A DNA stretch of 64,000 nt from an uncultured Alphaproteobacteria bacterium (GCA_963794665.1 CAWCEW010000015.1:82618-146617); one strand, 5' to 3'. Positions 1-11,172 are shown, numbered from the stretch's first letter. Program-made: numbers and translations. The notes: a model not told the origin generated them from the sequence alone.

Positions 1-120
1 CCTGCTCCGGCTGGCTGGACGAACGACGTCATTGTCGTGGCTCTCGGAGCCGGCATATTCCTTGCGCTCGGCTTCTGGTTCCACCCTTACGTGATCGGCG
101 TACCGGTGTTTGGGAGGTAG
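1..120 (+). CDS. 3' end of a membrane protein, probably NnrU family (partial)
   Basis: Frame 1 is open to TAG at 118-120: ...GWTNDVIVVALGAGIFLALGFWFHPYVIGVPVFGR*. Hydrophobic helix with an HP..IGV ending. An nnrU-family gene commonly precedes panB in rhizobia. Confidence 0.6.
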   Translation, partial: PAPAGWTNDVIVVALGAGIFLALGFWFHPYVIGVPVFGR

Positions 121-123
121 CGC

Positions 124-960
124 GTGTCGGTTCAGGACGAGATCAGGCGGTTTACCGCGCCGGACATTCTCGCGCGCAAAGGCGGCGAGCCGATCGTGTG
201 CCTCACCTCATATCACGCGCATACCGCGCGCCTCGTCGACAAATATTGCGACGTCATCCTGGTGGGCGACTCGCTCGGCATGGTGATGCACGGAATGGAG
301 ACGACCGTTCCGGTCACGCTCGACATGATGATCCTGCAAGGTCATGCAGTGATGCGCGGTTCGCGGCGGGCTCTTGTCGTGGTCGACATGCCATTCGGCT
401 CTTACGAAGAATCGAAAGAGCAGGCGTTCATGAACGCCGCACGCGTGCTGAAGGAAACAGGCTGCGGCGCGATCAAGGTCGAAGGCGGAAAGCGCATGGC
501 GGAAACGATCCGATTTCTCGCCGAGCGCGGCGTTCCCGTCATGGCTCATGTCGGATTGACGCCACAGGCGATCAATACGATCGGCTCGTTCCGGGCGCAG
601 GGGCGCGATGAGGCCGACTGGGCGCGGATCGAGGAGGACGCGATCGCGGTTGCGCAGGCGGGCGCCTTTTCTGTCGTGATCGAAGCGGTTGCGGAACCGC
701 TTGCGCGCAAGCTCACGGCTGCGGTGGCAATCCCGACCATCGGCATCGGCGCCAGTGTTGCCTGCGATGGACAAATTTTGGTGCTGGAGGACATGCTCGG
801 GCTTTCGCCGCGCGTTCCGAAGTTCGTCAAGCGCTATGGCACGCTCGGTCCCGGGATCGAAAAGGCGATTTCCGACTATGCCTCCGAGGTCCGCGCGCGG
901 ACTTTTCCGGGGCCGGAGCACGTCTATCCAATGAAAAGCAAGAAGGCGGTAAGGCTCTGA
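124..960 (+). CDS. panB: 3-methyl-2-oxobutanoate hydroxymethyltransferase
   Basis: [31 protein letters not shown] and TIGIGA motifs. Confidence 0.97.
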   Translation: MSVQDEIRRFTAPDILARKGGEPIVCLTSYHAHTARLVDKYCDVILVGDSLGMVMHGMETTVPVTLDMMILQGHAVMRGSRRALVVVDMPFGSYEESKEQAFMNAARVLKETGCGAIKVEGGKRMAETIRFLAERGVPVMAHVGLTPQAINTIGSFRAQGRDEADWARIEEDAIAVAQAGAFSVVIEAVAEPLARKLTAAVAIPTIGIGASVACDGQILVLEDMLGLSPRVPKFVKRYGTLGPGIEKAISDYASEVRARTFPGPEHVYPMKSKKAVRL

Positions 961-1062
961 AATATTAACGATTGCGGCCTTTGGCTTTGCCTTAGGCGCG
1001 CCACATCGCTAGGTTACGGCGCAATTCGGGCCCGGGGGTGGGCCAGGCGGTTGGGAACCATC

Positions 1063-1716
1063 GTGGCCGATATTTTTCATGAAGTGGACGAAGAAGTCCG
1101 GCGCGAGCAGCTCAAAAAGCTGTGGGATCGCTACAGCATCTATTTGATCGCCCTTGCTGTCTTGATCGTCGCCGGCATGGCTGGCTGGCGCGGATACGAA
1201 TATTGGGTTGCAAAGAAGGCTGCTGCCGCGGGCGCGGAATTTGAGGCGGCAATCGCACTGAACGAAGAAGGCAAGCGAGCCGAGGCCGAGGCAGCCTTCG
1301 CGAAGGTGGCAGCCGAAGCGCCGGCCGGCTATCGCGTGCTCGCGCGCATGCGCGCGGCAGGCGCGCTCGCGCAATCCAAGCCGGCAGACGCCGTGAAAGC
1401 CTACGACGAAATTTCTGCTGACGCTTCGCTCGGGACTATCTGGCAGGATCTGGCCGCGGTGCGCGCGGCATTGCTGCTTGTCGACACGGCGCCACTGGCT
1501 GACATGCGGCGGCGGCTTGACCCGGTTGCCGAGCCGACGCGGAGTTTTCGCCACACGGCGCGTGAACTGCTCGCTTTGTCGGCTTGGAGGAACCACGACG
1601 TCGCCGCTGCCCGCAAATATATCGACATGATTGCAGGCGATGCCGAGAGCCCGATCGGCGTCCGCGCGCGTGCGGATGTCTTGTCGGCGTTGATCACGGC
1701 GGATGGAAAGAGCTGA
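1063..1716 (+). CDS. YfgM-like tetratricopeptide-repeat membrane-anchored protein
   Basis: (M)ADIFHEVDEEVRREQLKKLW N-terminus, one TM helix, helical Ala-rich body. Located upstream of der, as yfgM is. Confidence 0.85.
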   Translation: MADIFHEVDEEVRREQLKKLWDRYSIYLIALAVLIVAGMAGWRGYEYWVAKKAAAAGAEFEAAIALNEEGKRAEAEAAFAKVAAEAPAGYRVLARMRAAGALAQSKPADAVKAYDEISADASLGTIWQDLAAVRAALLLVDTAPLADMRRRLDPVAEPTRSFRHTARELLALSAWRNHDVAAARKYIDMIAGDAESPIGVRARADVLSALITADGKS

Positions 1717-1720
1717 ACGC

Positions 1721-2250
1721 ATGCGCGCAAGTTCTCGGATCGTCATGCTTGACAGCGCTTGCGCTAGCCATACCGGCGCTTGTCGGCTGCGCGAATTTCG
1801 ATCCGGACAAGCTCGACGTGTTTGGTCTCAACGAAAAGAAGAAATTGCCGGGCGAGCGCAAGGAACTGTTTCCCGGGGGTGTGCCCGGCGTAACGCAGGG
1901 AATCCCACCCGAATATGTGAAAGGCAATCACCCTCCGCCGGAAACGGCGCAAGCTTTGCAGGCTCCCGCGCCTGAGCAGAACAAGGCCGCGGAGGAGGCT
2001 GAGCCGGAGAAGAAAGCTGCCGCAGCGGAGCCCGAGCCGAAACCGAAAACCGAAGCGCGCCGCAAAGCCGCGCACGGCGTCGCAGCAGCCCGCGCAGGCT
2101 GCGAGCCAACCGCAGCAGCAAATGGCACCATGGCCCCAGCAGGATCCGCAGCCTGCGCCGCAACAGGCCCAGTCACCCTGGCCGACGCAGGGGCAGACTA
2201 CGACGGCACCTTGGCCTTCGTCGCCGCAGCCCGGCACCTTCTCGCGCTGA
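1721..2250 (+). CDS. Hypothetical lipoprotein with Pro/Gln-rich tail (frameshifted)
   Basis: Reconstructed MRASSRIVMLTALALAIPALVG-C lipobox, then KKKLPGERKELFPGGVPGV, then a P/Q/A-rich tail ending PQPGTFSR*. Two frame switches needed. Confidence 0.7.
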
Positions 2251-2303
2251 CACGTGTAGCAGGCTAAAAACCTGGGCCGCTTCGTGCGGCCGGACAGCCA
2301 TTC

Positions 2304-3667
2304 ATGCCATTCACAGTCGCCATTATCGGCCGTCCTAATGTCGGCAAGTCGACCCTCTTCAACAGGCTGGTCGGCCGCCGGCTTGCGCTCGTCGACGACA
2401 GGCCAGGCGTTACCCGCGACCGGCGCGAGGGCGAAGGCAGACTTGGCGACATCGCCTTCACCGTGATCGATACCGCCGGACTGGAGCAGTCTGCTCCTGA
2501 AAGTCTGTCCGGCCGCATGCGTGCCCAGACCGAAGCGGCCATCGAACAGGCGGATGCCGTCTTCTTCATGATCGACGCGCGGGCCGGGCCAATTCCTGCC
2601 GACCATGCGTTCGCGGATGTCGCGCGCAAGTCGGGCAAACCGGTCGTCCTCGTGGCCAACAAGAGTGAGGGCACTTCCGGCGAAGCGGGCCGGCTCGAGG
2701 CCTACGCGCTCGGCCTCGGCGAGCCGATACCAATCTCGGCCGAGCATGATGAAGGCATGTCCGATCTCTACGATGCCCTGCGCGCAGTGCTGCCCGAGCA
2801 TGCGGATGCGGAAGCTTCCGACATCGCACCGGACGCTGCTCATCCGATCCGCGTCGCTATCGTCGGCCGGCCCAATGCAGGAAAATCCACATTGATCAAC
2901 CGTTTGATCGGGGAGGAGCGGCTACTCACAGGGCCGGAAGCGGGTATCACGCGGGACGCAATTGCGGTCGAGTATGTCTGGCAGAACCACAAATTTCGGA
3001 TTTACGACACAGCTGGCCTGCGGCGGCGCTCCCGTGTCGATGAAAAGCTGGAAAAACTTTCAGTTGCGGACGCGCTCAATGCGGTGCGCTTTGCCGAGGT
3101 CGTCGTCGTGTTGCTCGACGTTGAAAATGCGTTCGAAGAGCAGGACCAACGCATTGCCGACATTGGTCGAGCAGGAAGGCCGGGCGATCGTCATTGCCGT
3201 CAACAAATGGGATCTGAAGGATCAAGACAGCGGGAGCGATCGGCAAATTGCGCGAGCAGGCCGAGGAAAAACTCACTCAGCTCAAAGGCGTGCCGTTGGT
3301 TGCCGTCTCTGGTCTCACCGGCGAAGGGCTCGACCGATTGATGCAGGCAATCGTCGACGCCTATGAGGTATGGAACAAGCGCATTCCGACAAGCGGACTT
3401 AACCGCTGGTTCGAGCATGCCGTGAGCGCGCATCCGCCGCCCGCAGTTTCGGGGCGCTCATTGCGGCTCAACTACATCACGCAAGCCAAGAGTCGTCCGC
3501 CCAGCTTTGTGATTTTTTGCACGCGTGCCGATGCCGTGCCCGATGCCTACAAGCGGTATCTGTTGAACTCTTTGCGCGAGACCTTCGATCTTCCGGGCAC
3601 GCCGATCCGCCTGATGTTGCGCGAGAAAGACAATCCCTACAAAGGCCGCGCGAAGCGCAAGCACTGA
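2304..3667 (+). CDS. der: Ribosome biogenesis GTPase Der/EngA (frameshifted near 3165-3240)
   Basis: Two G-domains ([16 protein letters not shown]; [16 protein letters not shown]) and a C-terminal KH-like domain (..YITQ..RPP.F..GTPIRL). Confidence 0.97.
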
Positions 3668-3687
3668 TCGGCGCGAACGACAGTCGG

Positions 3688-4449
3688 CTAGGCCGGAGGT
3701 TGAAACGACTTCAGCTTGCGGTCGCGATAGTCATAGAGCTTGCCGGACTCCGTGAAACTCGGCAGGCAAAGCGGCAGGATTGCCTTGGCGATCTCTTCGG
3801 GCGTCGGCAGCGTCAATGGATCGACGCCTGGAAACGCTCCGAGGTACATGCGCGTCCGCGTGGGTCCCGGCCCGAACAAATTGGCACGTACATTCGTGGT
3901 CGCGGTTTCGGCGGCATAAGTGCGCACCAGGACCTCCAGCGCCGCCTTTGACGCTGCGTAAGGGCCCCAATAGGCGCGGCCCAAATGCGCGACCCCTGAC
4001 GTCAGGAATACCGCACGGCCGGCCTGTGAACGCTGCAGGAGAGCGTCCATGCAGCGGATGAGATGCCAGTTCGCGGTGACATTGACCGCGATCATGTTGT
4101 CCCAGTCTTTCGGCTCGTAGTGCGAAAGGGGCGATAAGGCCCCCAATATGCCGGCATTGCCGACCAGCACATCAAGGCGCTGGTAGCGCTCATTGAGAGC
4201 CAGTGCGAGCCGGGCGATGCCGTCGCTGTCCTTCATGTCGAGCGGCACCAGGGTTGCGGAACTCCCGGCGGCCTTGATCTTGTCGTCAAGTTCTTCCAAC
4301 CCGCCGACAGTGCGCGCGATGGCCACGATATGCGCCCCGGCTTGGGCAAGCTCGAGCGCGACCGCCGCGCCAATGCCGCGCGAGGCTCCGGTGACCAAAG
4401 CAATACGGTCGGAAAGAGGCTTGGTTGTGCCGGTCATTGGTCCGGCCAT
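3688..4449 (-). CDS. SDR family oxidoreductase (YciK-like)
   Basis: TGASRGIG, GNAG and YAASK motifs. Typical gene downstream of purF. Confidence 0.9.
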   Translation of the reverse strand: MAGPMTGTTKPLSDRIALVTGASRGIGAAVALELAQAGAHIVAIARTVGGLEELDDKIKAAGSSATLVPLDMKDSDGIARLALALNERYQRLDVLVGNAGILGALSPLSHYEPKDWDNMIAVNVTANWHLIRCMDALLQRSQAGRAVFLTSGVAHLGRAYWGPYAASKAALEVLVRTYAAETATTNVRANLFGPGPTRTRMYLGAFPGVDPLTLPTPEEIAKAILPLCLPSFTESGKLYDYRDRKLKSFQPPA

Positions 4450-4457
4450 GACGGCAA

Positions 4458-5948
4458 TTAAATGGCTTCCGCCAGGAGCGACAACTGCCGTGGACTTGCT
4501 TCCTGTGCGGCGAGATCGGTGAGCGGCGTTGGATAGTCGCCGGTGAAGCAATGGTCGGTGAATTGCGGGCGCACCGGATCGCGGCCCTCGAACCCCATCG
4601 CCCGGTAGATTCCGTCGACCGAAAGGAAGGCGAGCGAATCCGCCCCGATAAATTTCCGCATGCCCTCGAGATCGTGGGTCGCAGCCAGCAGCTTGTCTCG
4701 TTCCGGGGTGTCGATGCCGTAGTAGTCGGGATGGGTAATCGGGGGCGAGGCTATGCGGAAATGCACTTCGCGGGCGCCGGCGTCGCGCATCATCTGCACG
4801 ATCTTGCGCGAGGTCGTGCCGCGGACGATGGAATCATCCACGAGGACAATGCGCTTGCCGCCGACGACGGCGCGATTGGCCGAGTGCTTCATGCGCACGC
4901 CTTGATCGCGAATCGACTGTGTCGGTTGAATGAAGGTACGGCCGACATAGTGATTGCGAATAATGCCAAGTTCGTAAGGGATGCCGGACTCCTGCGCGAA
5001 GCCGATCGCTGCCGGTACGCCGGAGTCAGGCACGGGAACAATCACGTCGGCCTTGGCCGGCGCTTCACGTGCCAGTTCCGCGCCCATGGTTTTGCGCACA
5101 TCGTAGACGTTTCGGCCGCCGACGATCGAATCCGGTCGTGAGAAATAGACGTATTCAAAAATGCAGGGCCGCTGCGACATCGGCGGGAACGGCTTATGCG
5201 ATTGCGCGCCGTCTTCATCGAAAATGACAACTTCGCCGTTCTCGACGTCGCGCACGTATTGGGCGCCGATGATATCCAGTGCGCAGGTCTCCGAAGCGAG
5301 GATGGGGCAGCCATCGAGCTTGCCGATGACCAGTGGACGGATTCCGAGCGGATCACGCGCACCCACGAGTTTTTTGTTGGTGAGGCCCACGAAAGCGTAG
5401 GCGCCCTCAAGCTGGCGTAACCCTTCGATAAAGCGATCGACGAAGCGGTTGCGTCTCGCCCGAGCAACAAGGTGCAGGATCACTTCGGTGTCAGTGGTCG
5501 ACTGCATCATGGCGCCCTCATGCACGAGGTCGCGGCGCAGCTTGATGCCATTGGTGAGATTGCCATTGTGGCCGATGGCGAATCCGCCGGCATTAAGCTC
5601 GGCGAACAGCGGCTGCACGTTACGGATGATCGTCTCGCCGGTCGTCGAATAGCGCACATGCCCAATCGCCGACGTGCCGGGCAGGCGGTCAATCACCTCG
5701 CGGCGAGCAAAGGCATCACCGACGAGACCAAGCCGGCGTTCGGAATGAAATCGCTTGCCATCGAAGGAAACGATGCCGGCTGCCTCCTGGCCGCGATGTT
5801 GAAGCGCGTGCAGGCCGAGCGCTGTGATGGCAGCAGCGTCAGGATGACCGAAAATGCCGAAGACGCCACACTCCTCGCGCAGGCGGTCGGCGTCGGGATC
5901 GAACGCTTCATCAGGCGGGGGCACGAGGTCTCGATTGTCCATTGTCAC
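4458..5948 (-). CDS. purF: Amidophosphoribosyltransferase
   Basis: EECGVFG (N-terminal nucleophile Cys), QHRGQ, HVRYST, VLVDDSIVRGTT. Confidence 0.98.
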   Translation of the reverse strand: MTMDNRDLVPPPDEAFDPDADRLREECGVFGIFGHPDAAAITALGLHALQHRGQEAAGIVSFDGKRFHSERRLGLVGDAFARREVIDRLPGTSAIGHVRYSTTGETIIRNVQPLFAELNAGGFAIGHNGNLTNGIKLRRDLVHEGAMMQSTTDTEVILHLVARARRNRFVDRFIEGLRQLEGAYAFVGLTNKKLVGARDPLGIRPLVIGKLDGCPILASETCALDIIGAQYVRDVENGEVVIFDEDGAQSHKPFPPMSQRPCIFEYVYFSRPDSIVGGRNVYDVRKTMGAELAREAPAKADVIVPVPDSGVPAAIGFAQESGIPYELGIIRNHYVGRTFIQPTQSIRDQGVRMKHSANRAVVGGKRIVLVDDSIVRGTTSRKIVQMMRDAGAREVHFRIASPPITHPDYYGIDTPERDKLLAATHDLEGMRKFIGADSLAFLSVDGIYRAMGFEGRDPVRPQFTDHCFTGDYPTPLTDLAAQEASPRQLSLLAEAI

Positions 5949-6541
5949 CGCACGCTTGCTCTCGGTTGCGTCAATAGTTCCGACCGCTGGTCGGGATTGC
6001 CGTCGGGTGCATCCTGATCCTCAGGCTTCGGTCTCTTCAGCCTCTTTAAGATGGTGCTCTCGGGGTCGTCCGGCAACATCGACATCAGCCATTGTCCCGT
6101 GTTTTGCAGCACGACTTTCGACTTGGCGCCGCGCACCCATTCAGGTTGGCTGCGGTCGGGGACCAACCATGCGAAAAAGAGGAATGCGACGACGACGATG
6201 ACAAGGCCTCGCCCTAGGCCGAAAAGAAAACCGAGCGTGCGGTCGAGGGCACCGACCCGGCTATCGAGGACCATGTCGGAAATCCGCGCGGTAATGATCG
6301 ACATGACCAGGAGCGTGCCGAGAAAAACGCCGCCGGCCGTGACGGCCGCTGCAACCGCGTCGCTGCTGAAGTACTGCTTTGCTGTCGGTAGCAATCGCGA
6401 ATACGAATACAGTGTCACCAGGGCCGCGACGCCCCAGGCACCGATCGAGAGAATCTCGCGCATGAAGCCGCGGATCATAGCGAGCAGGCCCGAGATCAAC
6501 ATGACCGCCAGCAGAATGATGTCGAGCAGCGTGATCGGCAT
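5945..6541 (-). CDS. cvpA: CvpA family (colicin V production) membrane protein
   Basis: RGFMRE...LDRTLGFLFGLGRG. Overlaps the purF start (cvpA-purF operon). Confidence 0.93.
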   Translation of the reverse strand: MPITLLDIILLAVMLISGLLAMIRGFMREILSIGAWGVAALVTLYSYSRLLPTAKQYFSSDAVAAAVTAGGVFLGTLLVMSIITARISDMVLDSRVGALDRTLGFLFGLGRGLVIVVVAFLFFAWLVPDRSQPEWVRGAKSKVVLQNTGQWLMSMLPDDPESTILKRLKRPKPEDQDAPDGNPDQRSELLTQPRASVR

Positions 6542-6736
6542 CGGTTGCTCAGGCGCTCCGCGTGCTCAGGCGTTTGCCGTAGCGCCTGGAACAGGGCCAG
6601 GGCGACGAATCCGGGCCAGCCATAGCGGCTCCGGACAGGCGCGGCAATGTCGACCTTAAGTGCTTAATTTTTAGCCCATTTCTGCGCTGGCGGCGGGGTG
6701 TCCGAAGCGGTCGCCGGAGCCGGTTTTGACGCGCCG

Positions 6737-6765
6737 TATATAGCGGGGCGCCGCGGTGCCGTCAC
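6737..6765 (-). promoter_or_regulatory. Putative sigma70 promoter for cvpA-purF
   Basis: Minus strand GTGACG-N17-TATATA, overlapping the radA stop codon. Confidence 0.55.
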
Positions 6766-8168
6766 CGGTCTTGTCCACCAGTTTTAACGAGCCGGGGCGC
6801 TTTACCACGAGCGGCAATGTCCGCGACGAGGCCTGCAAGACTGCCGACGTCGGTAACCTTAAGGCCCGGCTCGGCCGTCTCGGCGCGCGCAGCTTCAGGG
6901 ACAATAGCGCGATTGAATCCGAGCTTGGCTGCTTCCTTGAGCCGGGCGGCGCTCTGAGCCACCGGGCGCACCGCGCCAGAAAGCGATACTTCTCCAAAAA
7001 AGACGGCATCGGCTGGGAGAGGGGCATTCGCAAGGGACGAGACTAGCGCCGCCGCTGCTGCAAGGTCGCCGGCCGGCTCCTGAATGCGCATGCCGCCAGC
7101 CACGTTGAGGTAAACATCGTGACCGCCGAACCGCACCCCACAATGGGCTTCGAGCACCGCCAGCACCATCGACAGACGGCTCGGGTCCCAGCCGACTACG
7201 GCGCGCCGTGGCGTGCCAAGCGAGGTCGGCGCGACAAGCGCCTGGATCTCGACCAGCAACGGCCTCGTGCCCTCGATGCCTGCGAAGACGGCCGTGCCAG
7301 GCTGACCGAGATCGCGCTCCGACAAAAACAGCTCGGACGGATTGGCGACCTCGCGCAGGCCCGAACCGGTCATTTCAAATACGCCGATTTCGTCTGTCGG
7401 CCCGAACCGGTTTTTGACCGCGCGCAGGATGCGGAATTGGTGCGAGCCTTCGCCCTCGAACGAGAGCACTGCATCGACCATGTGCTCGACGACGCGCGGG
7501 CCTGCGATTTGCCCATCCTTGGTGACGTGGCCGACCAGGATGATTGCTGCGCCGGTCTTTTTCGCAAAGCGGATCAATGCCTGCGCGCTGCCGCGAACTT
7601 GGGTCACCGTTCCGGGAGCGGAATCGACCATGTCGGTCCACATGGTCTGGATTGAATCGATCACGATCAGGCGCGGAATTTTCCCTTCCGATAACGTCGC
7701 GATGATGTCTTCGACCGAGGTCTCCGCCGCCAGTTCGACAGCTGCGTCGCGCAGGCCGAGGCGCTCGGCCCGCAGACGAACTTGAGCCACCGCTTCCTCG
7801 CCGGAGATATAGACCGCCCGGTGACCGGCGCGCGCGAGCGCGGCGGCCGCTTGGATCAGCAAGGTCGACTTTCCGATGCCCGGATCGCCGCCGACCAGCA
7901 GGACCGAACCGCGCACAAAGCCGCCGCCGGTGACACGGTCGAATTCGGCAATCCCGGAGACCAGGCGAGGGGCATCGTGGGCCTCACCGGCCAGGGCCTC
8001 GAGCGCGAACAGGCGGCCTTTACCGGGCTTGCGGCCTGGTCCGGACGGGCGTTCGGCGCCTTCCTCGCTGAGCGTATTCCACTCGCCGCAGGCCTCGCAT
8101 TTGCCCTGCCAGCGGCTGAAAGCGGCACCGCAGTTCTGGCAGACAAAGGTAAGGTTGCGCTTGGACAT
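6762..8168 (-). CDS. radA: DNA repair protein RadA/Sms
   Basis: CQNCG..CEAC zinc finger, GDPGIGKS, KNRFG motif, Lon-like C-terminus. Confidence 0.98.
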   Translation of the reverse strand: MSKRNLTFVCQNCGAAFSRWQGKCEACGEWNTLSEEGAERPSGPGRKPGKGRLFALEALAGEAHDAPRLVSGIAEFDRVTGGGFVRGSVLLVGGDPGIGKSTLLIQAAAALARAGHRAVYISGEEAVAQVRLRAERLGLRDAAVELAAETSVEDIIATLSEGKIPRLIVIDSIQTMWTDMVDSAPGTVTQVRGSAQALIRFAKKTGAAIILVGHVTKDGQIAGPRVVEHMVDAVLSFEGEGSHQFRILRAVKNRFGPTDEIGVFEMTGSGLREVANPSELFLSERDLGQPGTAVFAGIEGTRPLLVEIQALVAPTSLGTPRRAVVGWDPSRLSMVLAVLEAHCGVRFGGHDVYLNVAGGMRIQEPAGDLAAAAALVSSLANAPLPADAVFFGEVSLSGAVRPVAQSAARLKEAAKLGFNRAIVPEAARAETAEPGLKVTDVGSLAGLVADIAARGKAPRLVKTGGQDR

Positions 8169-8215
8169 GGGGAATCGCCGCAAATTGGCCGTCCACGACG
8201 TTAAGGCGGCCATGA

Positions 8216-8230
8216 GAACAATACAAGAAC
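8216..8230 (-). promoter_or_regulatory. Alphaproteobacterial LexA (SOS) box upstream of radA
   Basis: GAACAATACAAGAAC = GAAC-N7-GAAC (GTTC-N7-GTTC on the radA strand), 48-62 nt upstream of the ATG. Confidence 0.75.
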
Positions 8231-8268
8231 ATTTTTTAAGAAGATGCTAATTTCCGGGGATTTGGCCG

Positions 8269-9449
8269 TTAGTCATCGCGATATATCCGGTGGTACCGGC
8301 GGCCCAGATTGACCAGGACCTCGTAACCGATAGTCCCTGCGGCTGCCGCCAGCTCATCCACCCCGATCACGCCCCCGATGAGGGTAATGAGGTCACCGCG
8401 TCGCACCGCATTGTCGGCCAGTGCCGTGACATCGACCGCCAGCAGATCCATCGACACGCGTCCCGCCAGCGGACAACGAGTGTCGGCAACAATGGCGTCG
8501 GAACCGGGGGTCGTGTCGGAGGCGCTGGCCGCGCGCGGATATCCGTCGGCATAGCCGACCGCAACGATGGCAATGCGCGCTGCATGCTTGGCGGTCCAGG
8601 TCGCGTTGTAGCCGATCGTCTCGCCCTTCGGAACGTTTCGGACCTGCACAACACGCGCACGCAGTTCGATCACCGGGTGCATGGGGTTGCGGTGACCGGG
8701 TGTCGGGTTGACGCCGAACAAGGCAGCACCTGGGCGAACCATGTCGCAATGCGCGCTGTTGCCGAGGAAGATGCCGGATGAGTTTGCGAGGGAGCCGGGT
8801 ATGCCGCGATAGAGCAGGCGGACTTCGCGGAAGAGCTCGATTTGACGCTGGTTGAGAGGGTGGTCCGGCTGCTCGGCGCAGGCGAGGTGACTGATCAGCA
8901 AACGTGATGCCGTGATTTTCGGTACGGATGCGGGGCGCGAGTGCCGCCGCTTCGTCGACGGAAACCCCAAGGCGGTTCATGCCCGTGTCGACATGTAAGC
9001 GCCGCCCCGCCGCGCCACTGGTTGGCCGAACAGAATGCGTCCCACTCTGCGAGTTCGACGAGGCTGCCAATCACCGGCTGAGCGCCGATGTCGGCGAAGG
9101 TCGCCGCAGTCCCGGGCAGCAGGCCATTGAGCACGTAAATCGCGGCGTTCGGCGCGGCGGCGCGAGCTCGCCGCGCCTCCGAGATGTCCGCGACAAAGAA
9201 TGTCCTGCAACCCGCATGTGTGAGAGCTCGCGCGACCGGCTCGATGCCGCAGCCATATCCATCGGCTTTGATGACGGCGGCACACTCTGACGGCATTGCC
9301 TGCCGGCCCAACAGCTCCCAGTTTGCCGCGATGGCCGAAAGATTGATGGTCAGGATTCCGCCTGCGTCCGCCTTTGCGGGGCTGGAATCGACGTCGCCCG
9401 CCGAAGCGGAGTCCGCTGGCAAGTCAGGCTGCAGGGCGGTGTCGGTCAT
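8269..9449 (-). CDS. alr: Alanine racemase (frameshifted near 8900-9000)
   Basis: AVIKADGYGCG (PLP lysine), HVDTGMNRLG, SHLACA, VRPG, GYADG, GRVSMD, GTIGYE. Confidence 0.96.
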
Positions 9450-9505
9450 ACCGTTTGGGTTTAGCCGCCCGCGCGCCGGCAGTCCATGCCGGCTCGGCGA
9501 GCGCT

Positions 9506-11012
9506 CTAGCTGCTGCGCTCGGGGAGGTAAGTCTCGCGTGCGAGCGAGGAAAACCGCGTTACCGCGGCGTCGAATTGCAATTCGACGGTTCCGGTCGGTC
9601 CATGACGCTGTTTGCCGATGATGATTTCGGCCTTGCCGTGCACTTCGTGTGCCTTCGGCCTGCCATTCGCCAGAACTTTTCGCGGTAATTCCGAGCGGCT
9701 TGCGCATCTGCGTGGTAATATTCTTCGCGAAAAACGAACAACACCACGTCGGCGTCCTGCTCGATCGACCCGGATTCACGCAAATCCGAGAGTTGGGGCC
9801 GTTTGTCGTCGCGGCTTTCGACCTGGCGCGACAATTGCGACAGCGCCAAGATCGGCACAGTTCAATTCCTTGGCCAAAGCCTTGAGCTTGGTGGTGATTT
9901 CGGTGATTTCCTGCACGCGGTTTTCGGCCGAGCGCCGCGTCGAGCCTTGCAGCAGCTGGAGGTAGTCGACCACCAGCAGGTCGAGACCGCGCTGCCTTTT
10001 GAGCCTGCGCGCGCGGGCTGCGAGCTGGGCCACCGAAAGGCCGCCGGTTTCGTCGACATAGAGCGGGATGTTCTGCAGCTCGATCGAATAGTCCTTGATC
10101 TTCTCGAAATCGCTTTCGCTGATGCCGCCGCGCCTGATCTGGTTCGATGGAATGCCGGTCTGCTCGGCGATGATGCGGGTGGCGAGTTGCTCGGCGGACA
10201 TTTCCAGCGAGAAGAAGCCGACGATGCCGCCATTGACGGTCACGGTGTGACCGTCGGGCTTGCACCTCGCCGCGCCAGGCCTTGGCGATGTTGTATGCGA
10301 TGTTCGTTGCAAGCGCGGTTTTGCCCATGCCGGGCCGGCCGGCGAGGATGATCAGGTCGGACTGTTGCAGTCCGCCCATCATGCGATCGAGATCGTCGAG
10401 TCCTGTGGCGACGCCCGACAACTTTCCGTCACGCTGGAAGGCGTGCGCCGCCATATCGATCGCGGTCGTGAGTGCCTGCGCGAAGCGCTGGAAACCGCCG
10501 TCGTAGCGGCCGGTCTCCGCCAGTTCGTATAGCCGCCGCTCGGCGTCCTCGATCTGGTTGCGCGGCGAAAAGTCGACCGGCGCGTCGTAGGCGACATTCA
10601 CCATATCCTCGCCGACCTGAATCAGGGCGCGGCGGATCGAGAGATCGTAGATGGTGTGGCCGTAGTCTTCGGCGTTGATGATTGTCGTTGCTTCAGCGGC
10701 AAGCCGGGCAAGATATTGACTGACGGTGAGGCCCCCGATGTCGATGCTGGCATCGAGGAAGGTCTTGAGCGTGACCGGCGTCGCGAGCTTTCCGGCGCGG
10801 ATCAGGTCACGCGCGAGCTGATAGACCTTCTGATGGATCGGCTCGAAGAAATGCGCAGGCTCGAGAAAATCCGAAACGCGGTAAAAAGCTTCGTTGTTGA
10901 CCAGGATAGCGCCCAACAACGCCTGTTCCGCCTCGATGTTATGCGGAGCGGAACGGTAGAGCGGGGCAGGTTCTTCGGCCTGCTTGCGGGCTGTCGAATC
11001 AGCGAGTGCCAT
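9506..11012 (-). CDS. dnaB: Replicative DNA helicase (several frameshifts)
   Basis: [53 protein letters not shown] across three frames. Ends [17 protein letters not shown]. Confidence 0.97.
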
Positions 11013-11172
11013 GGATGTCGGTGCTTACCCGGAAATTGTGGCATAGCACGCGTTATGTGACGGCAACGTGCCGGTGCTGCAGTTGTCCCGCAATTCACAT
11101 GCTGTATCGAGCGGTGGGAAAGACCGATTTTTCTTGACCGTAGCCGGTAACGGGGGTTGAGCGGCCTGCAAT

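Noticed and set aside
8895-11012. Apparent 705-aa DnaB-Alr fusion in the ORF track
   Set aside because: The middle part is out-of-frame nonsense created by indels. dnaB has its own stop at 9506 and alr its own start at 9449.
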